DNA from: an uncultured candidatus Porisulfidus sp.
GTDB lineage: Bacteria > Pseudomonadota > Gammaproteobacteria > Poriferisulfidales > Poriferisulfidaceae
Length of the DNA: 64,000 nucleotides
Direction of reading: 5' to 3'
NCBI GenBank assembly: GCA_965116025.1
Contig: OZ220480.1
Coordinates: 193,335 to 257,334, forward strand
Below are positions 41,090 to 50,608 of this stretch, piece by piece; position 1 is the first letter of the stretch; the number at the start of each line of letters is the position of its first letter. A program made the translations under genes and the position numbers. The notes beneath the pieces were generated by a model. The model searched no databases, was not told where the DNA came from, and worked only from the letters and a program-made list of their open reading frames with translations.

Positions 41090-41353
41090 TCACTTTTTCG
41101 CCGCCGCGCGGCGGCGGACCTCTTGCGGCGATATCTCCAACGGCGGACAGATCTCTAGCCGGTCTCCCTCCCGAAGCTCGTACCCAAGGGAGACCGTTCG
41201 GCCGAACACGCCAATCCCCCATTTTCCTCTCTTTTCCTCCGGCTCTGTCCAGCCATAGTGGGACAGCGCGTCGGACACGGTCGCTCCTTCTGGCAACGTT
41301 AGGATCCGCGTCGCCGGACGCGGGTCGCTAGCGTCAACCACCTCGATTTTCAT
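41090..41353 (-). CDS. rnfH: RnfH-family ubiquitin-like protein (RatB/YfjF-like)
   Basis: MKIEVVDASDPRPATRILTLPEGATVSDAL...GIGVFGRTVSLGYELREGDRLEICPPL matches the UPF0125/RnfH pattern. It lies in the conserved bamE-rnfH-ratA arrangement. Confidence 0.65.
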   Translation of the reverse strand: MKIEVVDASDPRPATRILTLPEGATVSDALSHYGWTEPEEKRGKWGIGVFGRTVSLGYELREGDRLEICPPLEISPQEVRRRAAAKK

Positions 41354-41782
41354 CCCCGCTCCGCGCGCGGCGGTGAGCTTCCGCGACGAAAGACTGCACC
41401 AACCGCCCACATACTTCGGCGAACACGGCGGAAAGCGGCAAAAAACGGAACGAGCCTTTCACCTCGAATTCCATGTCCAACGCGACCCGGCAGCCATGTG
41501 GCCGTTCGGAAAAGGTCCAGATTCCCTGCAGATGCCGGAACGGGCCGTCTTGCAGGCGCATGTCGATTCGCTCGCGTGGGGTCAGCGCGTTGCGCGTGGT
41601 GAACGAAGTGCGCAAGCCACCACGCGCGAGCGTCAATCGGGCCGTCACTTCAGCGTCAGCATGGCTCAGCAACTCCGCCCGGGGACACCAGGGAAGAAAT
41701 TTCGGATAGGATTCGACGTCGTTGACGAGCTCGTACATCAAGGAAGCCGGGTACGGCACCCGGGCCTCGCGGTGAATGCGCA
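41334..41782 (-). CDS. ratA: SRPBCC-family RatA/PasT (Coq10-like) protein; GTG start proposed at 41782
   Basis: ...REARVPYPASLMYELVNDVESYPKFLPWC... is collinear with E. coli RatA (ALVPYSAEQMYQLVNDVQSYPQFLPGC). The ORF-track start at 41873 would overlap the upstream transporter gene. Confidence 0.65.
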
Positions 41783-41794
41783 CGGAACCGTGGG

Positions 41795-43162
41795 TCAGAG
41801 CCAGCCGAAACCGTTCAGCAGGATCAAGAAGACCGCCACCGGGACGAGCAACCGGACCAACCAGAGCCAGCACTCGAACAGCCAGCCTTTTCCCATATCC
41901 GCTTCGCCCTCAAGCACGGATCGCTTGACCATCCAGCCCGCGTAGACCGCGATCAGGATGCCGCCGACCGGCAACATGACGTTCGAGGCCAAATAGTCCA
42001 TCCACTCGAAGAAGTTCTGCCCGTGGAATGTCCAGTCCTTTCCGATATTGAACGAGACCACGGTGCCTAAGCCCGCGAGCCAGATCACGGCCGAGCTGGC
42101 CAAAGTCGCCGCGCGGCGACTCATTCCACGCGAGTCCACCAGCCAAGAGACCGCTGGCTCTAGTAGCGAGATCGCCGAGGTCCAAGCCGCAATCAGGGTC
42201 AGCGCGAAAAACAGGACACCGATCAGCCAACCCCCAGGCATTTGTCCGAAGGCGATCACCAGGGTCTGGAAAATCAATCCCGGTCCGGCATCCGGCTCCA
42301 TGCCGCTCGCGAATACGATTGGGAACAAGGCGATGCCCATCAGGATCGCGACGAGCACATCCGCGGTCACGACTACTCCGGCCGCTTCCGGGATAGAGAA
42401 CTGGCGAGGCAGGTAGGCACCATAGACCATAATCGCGCCCATGCCAATGCTCAGCGAGAAGAACGCCTGGCCCATCGCCTTGAGCGCGACTTCTGGAGAT
42501 AGCTGCTCATAGTTGAACGAGAACAGGTAATTGATGCCACGGCCGAAATCTCCATGCAACGCGGCGAAACCGACCAGTAGCAGCAACAACCCGAAGAGGG
42601 AGGGAATGAGAATGGTCGTGGCCTGCTCAATGCCTCTGTTGACACCGCGCAGAATGATCCAGGCGACCAGAATGGTCATCAGGGTGTGCCAGCCAAGCAA
42701 CCTCCAGGGACTTTCAGTCAGTCGGGCGAAGTGACTCTCCGCGGTCGCCCGATCAAAGCCTTGGAACGTGCCGAATATGCTGTCCACCAAATACGCCGCG
42801 GTCCAGCCAGAAATAACCAAGTAGAAAGACAAGATCATCACTCCGGCCAGCATGCCGAGCCAGCCGATCGCTTGCCAGTTCCTTGAGCGTCCGTCCTGCT
42901 TAGCTAAGCGACGCATGGTCTGGATCGGACTGTGGCGGCCGCGACGACCTAGCACGATCTCGGCCATCATGACCGGAAAACCGATCAGCACCACGCAGGC
43001 TAGGTACACTAGGACGAACGCGGCCCCGCCATTCTCCCCAGTCATGTAGGAAAATTTCCAGATGTTGCCTAATCCCACCGCTGAGCCAATGGCGGCGAAC
43101 ATGAACGCGGTGCGCCGCGACCACAACCCATGTTGCGAGAATTCGGGGGAAGACGCTTTCAT
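41795..43162 (-). CDS. Sodium-dependent transporter, neurotransmitter:sodium symporter (NSS/SNF) family
   Basis: N-terminus RRTAFMFAAIGSAVGLGNIWKFSYMTGENGGAAFVLVYL (the NSS signature) and roughly 12 TM segments. Confidence 0.75.
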   Translation of the reverse strand: MKASSPEFSQHGLWSRRTAFMFAAIGSAVGLGNIWKFSYMTGENGGAAFVLVYLACVVLIGFPVMMAEIVLGRRGRHSPIQTMRRLAKQDGRSRNWQAIGWLGMLAGVMILSFYLVISGWTAAYLVDSIFGTFQGFDRATAESHFARLTESPWRLLGWHTLMTILVAWIILRGVNRGIEQATTILIPSLFGLLLLLVGFAALHGDFGRGINYLFSFNYEQLSPEVALKAMGQAFFSLSIGMGAIMVYGAYLPRQFSIPEAAGVVVTADVLVAILMGIALFPIVFASGMEPDAGPGLIFQTLVIAFGQMPGGWLIGVLFFALTLIAAWTSAISLLEPAVSWLVDSRGMSRRAATLASSAVIWLAGLGTVVSFNIGKDWTFHGQNFFEWMDYLASNVMLPVGGILIAVYAGWMVKRSVLEGEADMGKGWLFECWLWLVRLLVPVAVFLILLNGFGWL

Positions 43163-43275
43163 CGAAAAAGAGGGAGTGCCGACTTCCGTATGGAATCGGA
43201 CGCGACAAAATCACCGCGCCCGGATCTAATAACGGTTATCCGAGCGCGATCAGAGCTGGTTGTGGATCGCGCGCG

Positions 43276-43953
43276 TCAATCGTCGCCGAACGCGGAGAGC
43301 AGATGCAGCAGACTAGTGAACAGGTTATACAGCGACACGTACAAAGTCACGGTCGCCATGATGTAGTTGGTCTCCCCACCGTGGATGATGGCACTGGTCT
43401 GGTATAGGATCAGGCCACACATCAGCAGAACGAACATGGCCGAGATTCCGAGCATGGCTCCAGACACCTCCATGCCGAACATTGAGGCGACGACCAAGCC
43501 CAGCCCAGACAGGAAAGCGACCAGAATTCCCACCATCAACATCCCGCCCATGAAACTGAAGTCTTTGCGCGTGGTCAGCACATAGCCGGACAGTAGCAGG
43601 AAGATGCCGCCGGTCATCCCGAGGGCAGTGGTCACCAGTTGCGAGCCGTTTCGCGTAGCCGTCAGGTAATAGTCGATGATCGGACCAAGCGTGAGTCCCA
43701 TGAAGCCGGTCAGGGCGAAAACGCATAGCAGTCCCCATCCGCTGTCACGGAACCGGGTCGTGAGAAACAACAGCCCGAAATAGCCAACCAGCGTCAGAAT
43801 CAGCCCCGGATGCGGCCAGTTGAATGCCATGGAAAGTCCGGCCATCGCCGCGCTGAACAACAGCGTGAGAGACAGTAGCGCATAGGTGTTGCGCAAAACG
43901 CGGTTGACGGCAAATGCCGGAGCCGAGGCGGAAATCGCGCGATGTTGATTCAT
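43276..43953 (-). CDS. yccA: Bax-inhibitor-1/YccA-family inner-membrane protein
   Basis: Collinear with E. coli YccA: VLRNTYALLSLTL...PGLILTLVGYFGL...YVLTTRKDFSFMGGMLM...IIHGGETNYIMATVTLYVSLYNLF. Confidence 0.8.
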   Translation of the reverse strand: MNQHRAISASAPAFAVNRVLRNTYALLSLTLLFSAAMAGLSMAFNWPHPGLILTLVGYFGLLFLTTRFRDSGWGLLCVFALTGFMGLTLGPIIDYYLTATRNGSQLVTTALGMTGGIFLLLSGYVLTTRKDFSFMGGMLMVGILVAFLSGLGLVVASMFGMEVSGAMLGISAMFVLLMCGLILYQTSAIIHGGETNYIMATVTLYVSLYNLFTSLLHLLSAFGDD

Positions 43954-44061
43954 TGGAGAATCCTCCCTGAAAAGATAGCGACTAGTTTACCAAATCCCTA
44001 GCCACGCGAGTTTCTGGGTTTCTCGATTTGCTGATGCTCTACGATACCATTTCTAATCCCA

Positions 44062-45948
44062 TTGACGCTGCTGGCGGCGTCGCTGTCGGCGCTGTCGCTG
44101 TCGGCGCGGGCGGAGACGATCAACCTGTACGGGTGGCAGAACCACTCGTGGGAGTTCGTGAACATCGACGGCGGGCGCAGCTTCGACCGCATCCAGTCGA
44201 ACGCCGGGAACATCGGCTTCTCGGCCAGCGTGGACACCGGCATGAGCGATATCAAGGTGAACCTGCAGTGCGAGCAGTTCACCTACTACAACCACTTCGC
44301 CGGCGGCACCGGCTGGTGCAACCGCAACTCCAAGATCGGGCTGGCGCATCCGATGGCCGGCGAGATCATGTTCGCCACCTGGCTGCTGCCGTACAACGAG
44401 GGCGTGGCCCAATGGGTGGACCCGTTCTACGACGCCGGGGCCGACTCGCACACCAGCATCATGGGCTCGGTCGGGGCCAACACCATCTTCTACAACACCG
44501 GCGACTTCGACCAGCAGGCGTCGGCGTCGGGGCCGGCGACCGGCTTCTCCGGGGCGGAGTTCAACTACGCCGGGGCCGGCTACGACACCGGCTTCAACCG
44601 GCGCCAGGAGAACATCATCCAGTACTGGTCGCCGAACTGGAACGGCTTCGTGTTCCGCTTCGCCTGGACGGCCGGCAACCGCGACGAGACGATGGCGCCG
44701 ACCGGCGGCGGGAAGATCGACCCGGTGATCCGCTCGAGCAGCCTGGCGTACACGAACGGCCCATTGTGGCTGGCGGCGACCTGGCAGGACCACGAGGACT
44801 GGACGGCGGTCTCGGTCGGGGAGATGGAGAGCTCGGACGCGGAGAGCTTCCGTCTGGCCGGGCGCTACATCATGGACCTGGGCGATGGTATGAGCGTGCA
44901 GCTGTCGGCCATGTGGGAGACTTTGGAGTACGAGTTCCACGGCGTGACCACGGTCGAGAAGGCGATGGCGGCGTTCGGCTACGGGAACTTCGCGTCCTCC
45001 TACGCCGAGCCGATCTACGCCATGGATGCGGCCACCAAGAAGGTGGACGAGACGGTCATGGACCCCACCCAGGCCGAGATCGACGCGCAGAAAACTCGTG
45101 GAGCGGCGCTCGAGTTCCTCACGGACGAGAAGGGGCTCCTAAGGTCGATGGAGGTTAAAGAAGGGGACAGTGGCAACCCGAGAGGCACATCCTTAAAAGG
45201 AATGTTCGTATCCAAGCCTTTATTCAATGATCTCACCACGAACGATAAAGGAATGCTGATCGGCTGGACGGATCAGACCGATCTGAGCATGCCTGATGCC
45301 ACCTCAGTTCATGGCGCGTACGCGGCCTTCCTCACCACTGACGCCGCCAAAACGGCTATTCGAGCGGGAAACCTGAAAGAGGTGATGCGCAAGCAGTCGT
45401 TCTACACCACCCGGCTGACCTCCACCGAGCTCACGGCTCTGAAGCTACCCGATAAAGCTGTCTCAGGAGCGGATACCGGCGCGGTGGTTGGCGACAAATG
45501 GCTCTACGACAACATCGTGGCGCATGCCAAGACCGAGGCCAAGAAGATGAAGGAAACGGCCAAGGAGGCGGAGATGAAGGCCGTGGAGACGGCCCGGATG
45601 GCCAAGAGCATGGGGTCGAACGTCAAGATCGAGCGGGACGCCTGGATGGTGTCGGGCAAGATCAAGTTCGGCGGCCCGCTGGACTTCCGCTTCTCCTACA
45701 TGGACGCCGACGACCTGGAGCTGTCGTGCAACTACTGCATGGGGGACTGGGACGAGACGGCGGCGGACGCCTGGAACGTCGGGGTGTTCTACACGATGCC
45801 GGCGGGGACCGAGCTTAGGCTGACGTATTCGGAAGTCAACAACGACGACAACGGGACCTACGGGCAGGGCATCTCGGGGACCGGCCTGGGGACGCCGGGG
45901 GCGGAAATCGAGATGTTCGCGCTGGGGATCGTGCACTGGTTCGACTGA
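44062..45948 (+). CDS. Porin-like OMP copy E (N-block type 1, insert type gamma-1, tail TPGAE); no ATG at conserved start, TTG at 44062
   Basis: 628 aa. Its leader gatttgctgatgctctacgataccatttctaatcccattgacg has an in-frame TGA 9 codons upstream of the TTG. Insert: TVEKAMAAFGYGNFASSYAEPIYAMDAATKKVDETVMDPTQAEIDAQKTRG... then ...TTRLTSTELTALKLPDKAVSGADTG...KKMKETAKEAEMKAVETARMAKSMGSNVK. Confidence 0.75.
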   Translation: MTLLAASLSALSLSARAETINLYGWQNHSWEFVNIDGGRSFDRIQSNAGNIGFSASVDTGMSDIKVNLQCEQFTYYNHFAGGTGWCNRNSKIGLAHPMAGEIMFATWLLPYNEGVAQWVDPFYDAGADSHTSIMGSVGANTIFYNTGDFDQQASASGPATGFSGAEFNYAGAGYDTGFNRRQENIIQYWSPNWNGFVFRFAWTAGNRDETMAPTGGGKIDPVIRSSSLAYTNGPLWLAATWQDHEDWTAVSVGEMESSDAESFRLAGRYIMDLGDGMSVQLSAMWETLEYEFHGVTTVEKAMAAFGYGNFASSYAEPIYAMDAATKKVDETVMDPTQAEIDAQKTRGAALEFLTDEKGLLRSMEVKEGDSGNPRGTSLKGMFVSKPLFNDLTTNDKGMLIGWTDQTDLSMPDATSVHGAYAAFLTTDAAKTAIRAGNLKEVMRKQSFYTTRLTSTELTALKLPDKAVSGADTGAVVGDKWLYDNIVAHAKTEAKKMKETAKEAEMKAVETARMAKSMGSNVKIERDAWMVSGKIKFGGPLDFRFSYMDADDLELSCNYCMGDWDETAADAWNVGVFYTMPAGTELRLTYSEVNNDDNGTYGQGISGTGLGTPGAEIEMFALGIVHWFD

Positions 45949-45972
45949 CCGGTTGGGTCACCCACGATAGCG

Positions 45973-46003
45973 AGCGGGCGCCTTCGGGCGCCCGCTTTCT
46001 TTG
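45973..46003 (+). terminator. Rho-independent terminator of copy E
   Basis: agcgggcgcc-ttcg-ggcgcccgct followed by ttctttg. Confidence 0.7.
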
Positions 46004-46486
46004 AGGATCAAGATTCTCGACTTGATCCGCCGCCACGAGGCAAATCGTGATGATGGCGGATCGCGAGAGCCAGATGTAACTGCTTCGGATGGTCGCGCGG
46101 ACGCTTGGAGTGATGCCACGAAAGCCGTGCGGGGCGATCCGGCTTCAGGCTTTCATCAAGGATCGGAAACTCGATAGTTCCAGGGATCGATAGGCTGACC
46201 CCTGTTCGTCGCCGCGCGGGAAGTCTGCTTGATCGAGGACGACAAACCTCTCACTCCGTTTCTTCCTCGCGGCGCGCGCTAACCCGAACCCTCCGATTTC
46301 CCGCCGCCTCGCTTGGATTCCAGCGATGTCAAGAATTCTTGGTCCACCACCTTGTCGTGGATCGGGTCATCCCGATCTGGCCTGCCGCGAGCGGATCGCC
46401 TTCCGGGTGCGTGGGGGCGCGTCGGAACCAGGCCTCACGCCGCCAGCGCTGGACCCACTCTCGATCCAACCGGAAAACACCAGTCT

Positions 46487-46519
46487 CAAAAGAAAGCGGG
46501 CGCCCGAAGGCGCCCGCTC
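46487..46519 (-). terminator. Rho-independent terminator of copy F
   Basis: caaaagaaagcgggcgcccgaaggcgcccgctc on the plus strand. Confidence 0.7.
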
Positions 46520-46541
46520 TCGTCGTGAATGATCCAACGGA

Positions 46542-48449
46542 TCAGTCGAACCAGTGCACGATCCCCAGCGCGAACATCTCGATCTCCGCGCCAGCCACCC
46601 CCAGCCCGGTCCCCGAGATGCCCTGCCCGTAGGTCCCGTTGTCGTCGTTGTTGACTTCCGAATACGTCAGCCGCAGCTCGGTCCCCGCCGGCATCGTGTA
46701 GAACACCCCCACGTTCCAGGCGTCCGCCGCCGTCTCGTCCCAGTCTCCCATGCAGTAGTTGCATGACAGCTCCAGGTCGTCGGCGTCCATGTAGGAGAAG
46801 CGGAAGTCCAGCGGGCCGCCGAACTTGATCTTGCCCGACACCATCCAGGCGTCCCGCTCGATCTTCACGTTCGACCCCATGCTCTTGGCCATCCGGGCCG
46901 TCTCCACGGCCTTCATCTCCGCCTCCTTGGCCGTTTCCTTCATCTTCTTGGCCTCGGCCGTCGCATGCTTCACGATGTTGTCGTAGAGCCATTTGTCGCC
47001 AGTCACATCACCGGTATCCGCTCCTGAGACAACTTTATTGGGTAGCTTCAGGGCCGTGAGCTCCGTGGAGGTCAGCCGGGTGGTGTAGAACGACTGCTTG
47101 CGCATCACCTCTTTCAGATTGCCCGCTCGAATAGCCGTTTTCGCGGCGTCAGTGGTGAGAAAAGCTCCGTACTCGCCGTGAACCGTGGACGTACTAAGAT
47201 TGTTGAAGTTTCTCGTCGTCCAACCGGTCAGCATTCCTTTATCGTTCGTGATCAGCGTATTGAATAAAGCGCCAGTTACGGCTCTTGTGATGGATGTACC
47301 GGCATTAGTACTCCCAGAAGGCGTCATTAATCCTTTCTCGTCCGTCAGAAACTCAAGCGCCGCTCCACGAGTTTTCTGCGCGTCGATCTCGGCCTGGGTG
47401 GGGTCCATGACCGTCTCGTCCACCTTCTTGGTGGCCATGTCCATGGCGTAGGCCTGCTCGGCGTAGGAGGACGCGAAGTTCCCGTAGCCGAACGCCGCCA
47501 TCGCCTTCTCGACCGTGGTCACGCCGTGGAACTCGTACTCCAAAGTCTCCCACATGGCGGACAATTGAACGCTCATGCCGTCGCCCAGGTCCATGATGTA
47601 GCGCCCGGCCAGACGGAAGCTCTCCGCGTCCGAGCTCTCCATCTCCCCGACCGAGACCGCCGTCCAGTCCTCGTGGTCCTGCCAGGTCGCCGCCAGCCAC
47701 AGCGGGCCGTTCGTGTACGCCAGGCTGCTCGAGCGGATCACCGGGTCGATCTTGGGGCCGGCCGCGTAATTACCTTTGGCGTCCTTGAGCGCGTGGGTCT
47801 CGTCGCGATTGCCGGCCGTCCAGGCGAAGCGGAACACGAAGCCGTTCCAGTTCGGCGACCAGTACTGGATGATGTTCTCCTGGCGCCGGTTGAAGCCGGT
47901 GTCGTAGCCGCCCCCGGCGTAGTTGAACTCGTTGCCGGAGAAGCCAGTGCCAGGATTGGACGCCGACGCCTGCTGGTCGAAGTCGCCGGTGTTGTAGAAG
48001 ATGGTGTTGGCCCCGACCGAGCCCATGATGCTGGTGTGCGAGTCGGCCCCGGCGTCGTAGAACGGGTCCACCCATTGGGCCACGCCCTCGTTGTACGGCA
48101 GCAGCCAGGTGGCGAACATGATCTCGCCGGCCATCGGATGCGCCAGCCCGATCTTGGAGTTGCGGTTGCACCAGCCGGTGCCGCCGGCGAAGTGGTTGTA
48201 GTAGGTGAACTGCTCGCACTGCAGGTTCACCTTTATGTCGCTCATGCCGGTGTCCACGCTGGCCGAGAAGCCGATGTTCCCGGCGTTCGACTGAATGCGG
48301 TCGAAGCTGCGCCCGCCGTCGATGTCCACGAACTCCCACGAGTGGTTCTGCCACCCGTACAGGTTGATCGTCTCCGCCCGCGCCGACAGCGACAGCGCCG
48401 ACAGCGACGCCGCCAGCAGCGTCAATGGGATTAGAAATGGTTTTTTCAT
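46542..48449 (-). CDS. Porin-like OMP copy F (N-block type 2, insert type gamma-2, tail VAGAE); canonical SD plus ATG start
   Basis: 635 aa beginning MKKPFLIPLTLLAASLSALSLSARA, preceded by caggagtcaaaaaATG. Its insert shares the TVEKAMAAFGYGNFASSYAE...LTSTELTALKLP...MKETAKEAEMKAVETARMAKS frame with E, G and H but has a different middle. Confidence 0.8.
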   Translation of the reverse strand: MKKPFLIPLTLLAASLSALSLSARAETINLYGWQNHSWEFVDIDGGRSFDRIQSNAGNIGFSASVDTGMSDIKVNLQCEQFTYYNHFAGGTGWCNRNSKIGLAHPMAGEIMFATWLLPYNEGVAQWVDPFYDAGADSHTSIMGSVGANTIFYNTGDFDQQASASNPGTGFSGNEFNYAGGGYDTGFNRRQENIIQYWSPNWNGFVFRFAWTAGNRDETHALKDAKGNYAAGPKIDPVIRSSSLAYTNGPLWLAATWQDHEDWTAVSVGEMESSDAESFRLAGRYIMDLGDGMSVQLSAMWETLEYEFHGVTTVEKAMAAFGYGNFASSYAEQAYAMDMATKKVDETVMDPTQAEIDAQKTRGAALEFLTDEKGLMTPSGSTNAGTSITRAVTGALFNTLITNDKGMLTGWTTRNFNNLSTSTVHGEYGAFLTTDAAKTAIRAGNLKEVMRKQSFYTTRLTSTELTALKLPNKVVSGADTGDVTGDKWLYDNIVKHATAEAKKMKETAKEAEMKAVETARMAKSMGSNVKIERDAWMVSGKIKFGGPLDFRFSYMDADDLELSCNYCMGDWDETAADAWNVGVFYTMPAGTELRLTYSEVNNDDNGTYGQGISGTGLGVAGAEIEMFALGIVHWFD

Positions 48450-48909
48450 TTTTTGACTCCTGAAAAATTAGTCTCCGCAAGGCAATCACTCCTCACGAAC
48501 AATGTGGTGAAATTACCACATTTCGGCGTGGATTATATAGCCTAGAGATGATGTCAATCGGCCATGCTGTTGTTTTTTAGAAACAAGTTTGGTTTAGGTA
48601 AGGTGGATGTCGATATCAGCATCTTTCTAATTTAAAAACAACAGGATTTCTTTACCTACTGCATTGCCTCGATAGGCGTATAGATATCCGAAACTGATAA
48701 TGTTTTCTAGCTTTAGGAGATTTTCTGGAGTCATAGCGAGATGATCACTTCCCATGGATATGGTAGTAAAACGACCACATTTCTGCACGGTTATAGAACC
48801 TCTGGACACAGGCAAACGTCATGCCTATTGTTAGATTTTAGTGACAGGAGCGAATGAGAAAACCAGAAGCTGGTTTCAGTTTTCTATTGTTCTAAAAACA
48901 ACAACATAT

Positions 48910-49181
48910 CTTTCCACCAAAATTTCTATCGGATAGGATATAGTGAACGTATCAAGTTCGCCGTTATCAACTCGGCAACTGATTAGCGAATTGGCCTACA
49001 AAAATGAACGGAGCGGCGACGAAAATGCGTTCAAGCCAATTCGATTTTGCAACTGGCTTGGCACGGGTTTTCATGGTCCAAATATAGTAATGAATCCAAT
49101 TATCAATAGTGACCGTCGCTTGCTCCCGCCTGAAATCTCGTTATCAGAGCTCGGAAGAGCGACGCTCAAACTTAATCCTTA
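48910..49181 (+). ncRNA. Candidate IS110-family bridge-RNA region (non-coding left end immediately 5' of the transposase gene)
   Basis: About 270 bp of AT-rich non-coding sequence lie directly upstream of an IS110-type DEDD transposase. The bridge RNA sits in this position in the IS110 group. No covariance model was run, so the boundaries are a guess. Confidence 0.25.
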
Positions 49182-49199
49182 ATGAAGGAGAAAATAAAA

Positions 49200-50357
49200 A
49201 TGACAGCAAGAGACTTTGAGATGGTTGAGGAATCTGGCCGTTCGGTCCCTTCCAAAACGTACGCTAGCTACGTCGGACTCGATGTCCACAAGGACAGCAT
49301 CGCCGTCGCCGTCGCTCATGCGGGCCGAGGAGCTCCAGAATCCTGGGGTACCATACCGAACACGAAGAAAGCGATCGCAAAACTCGTGGATCGGCTGTAT
49401 GCGAAGAACGAGACTTTCCTGATTTGCTACGAGGCTGGCCCATGCGGATACACCCTGTATCAGAACCTGATTGCCATGGGGGTAGATTGCCGGGTCGTGG
49501 ATCCTCCAAGAAACGAAAAGATCAAGACGGACCAGCGGGACGCGTTACGTTTGGCACGGCTTTTGCGCGCTGGAGAACTGGTAGAGATTTGGGTGCCGGA
49601 TCAAGAGCAAGAAGCGATTCGCGACCTGTGCCGTTGTCGAGCCGATTTCATGGTGCAGCAACGGAAACTGCGCCAGCAATTCAACGCTTTCTTGCTACGC
49701 CATGGACACCATTGGCCAACAAACTGGAAACGCTGGACGCAAAAACATCTCGATTGGTTGGAAAAGCTCGATTTCCCGTATATTTTCATGAGCGAGGTTC
49801 GAGATGAATATATCTCGGCCGTCCGCCTGTCCGCGTCAAGAATTCTTGATCTCGACAAAAAAATCGACAAGGCTGTGCAGGCTTGGTCGTGGGCGCCAGT
49901 GGTCAACAGCCTGAAAGCGTTGCGTGGGTTCGACCAGTTATCCGCGGTTATGTTGCTATCCGAATTGGGTGATATCAGTCGTTTCGAATCTCCTAGTCAA
50001 CTTATGGGCTACTTGGGACTGGTTCCGTGCGTGTATAGCTCTGGGGCGTATCACCGCACCGGGGGCGCCACGCGAGCGGGAAACCGTCATGCCCGGCAAG
50101 TATTGATCGATTCGGCTTGGTGCTACCGGTTCCCCGCTCGTCAAACCGCCTACATGAGCCGCAAATCGGAAGGCGCATCCGCATACGCCCAAACTATTTC
50201 GTGGAAAGCGCAAAAACGATTGTGCGGACAATATCGGAAGTTGACCACGGCGGGAAAGAGCCAGAAAGTTGTTTGCGTGGCGATTGCGAGAGAATTGTCG
50301 GGGTTTGTCTGGGATATCGTCTGTCACGAAAAAGCCCGCCTAAGCCGAGTGAGATAG
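49200..50357 (+). CDS. IS110-family transposase (DEDD N-terminal catalytic domain plus C-terminal IS1111-type domain)
   Basis: YVGLDVHKDSIAVAV (DEDD motif 1) ...LLSELGDISRFESPSQLMGYLGLVPCVYSSG (conserved C-terminal helix-hairpin-helix-like segment). AAGGAG lies 8 nt before the ATG at 49200. GC is about 45%. Confidence 0.8.
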   Translation: MTARDFEMVEESGRSVPSKTYASYVGLDVHKDSIAVAVAHAGRGAPESWGTIPNTKKAIAKLVDRLYAKNETFLICYEAGPCGYTLYQNLIAMGVDCRVVDPPRNEKIKTDQRDALRLARLLRAGELVEIWVPDQEQEAIRDLCRCRADFMVQQRKLRQQFNAFLLRHGHHWPTNWKRWTQKHLDWLEKLDFPYIFMSEVRDEYISAVRLSASRILDLDKKIDKAVQAWSWAPVVNSLKALRGFDQLSAVMLLSELGDISRFESPSQLMGYLGLVPCVYSSGAYHRTGGATRAGNRHARQVLIDSAWCYRFPARQTAYMSRKSEGASAYAQTISWKAQKRLCGQYRKLTTAGKSQKVVCVAIARELSGFVWDIVCHEKARLSRVR

Positions 50358-50608
50358 GAGGTATATGCCGAGACTTGTCGCAAAAATCAGGGTGCTTCAG
50401 TCTGTCGGAGAATCCTTGTAATTTCTATATCGGTGCGAGACCGTGTATGCTTGATTCGCATATTTGAACTCGTGATCCATGCTATTAGACAAAGGTTCAG
50501 CTCCGCGACTTCTACAGGTCACATCGGTAACCAACCCGAGTTTCATCCATGGCCTGCTATCGCAAATGATTGGAGTATCCTGGTTTTTGCGCCGCGTCTA
50601 GGGGGCAG

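Larger units (their letters stand above)
45949..46541. repeat. Convergent-pair spacer, copy 3 of 4
   Basis: Over about 450 bp it is near-identical to spacer 1 with scattered substitutions. The two ends form a mirror image. Confidence 0.75.
48900..50430 (+). mobile_element. IS110-family element, approximate extent (ends not determinable by eye; the family lacks conventional inverted repeats)
   Basis: Extent is inferred from the typical IS110 layout (a 5' non-coding end of ~200-300 bp, the transposase, and a short 3' end) within the AT-rich island 48450-51590. Confidence 0.3.

Noticed and set aside
41334-41873. ratA as a type II toxin-antitoxin toxin
   Set aside because: The context (bamE-rnfH-ratA next to recN) is the conserved chromosomal housekeeping arrangement. 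I annotated it as an SRPBCC/RatA-family protein without claiming a toxin-antitoxin system.
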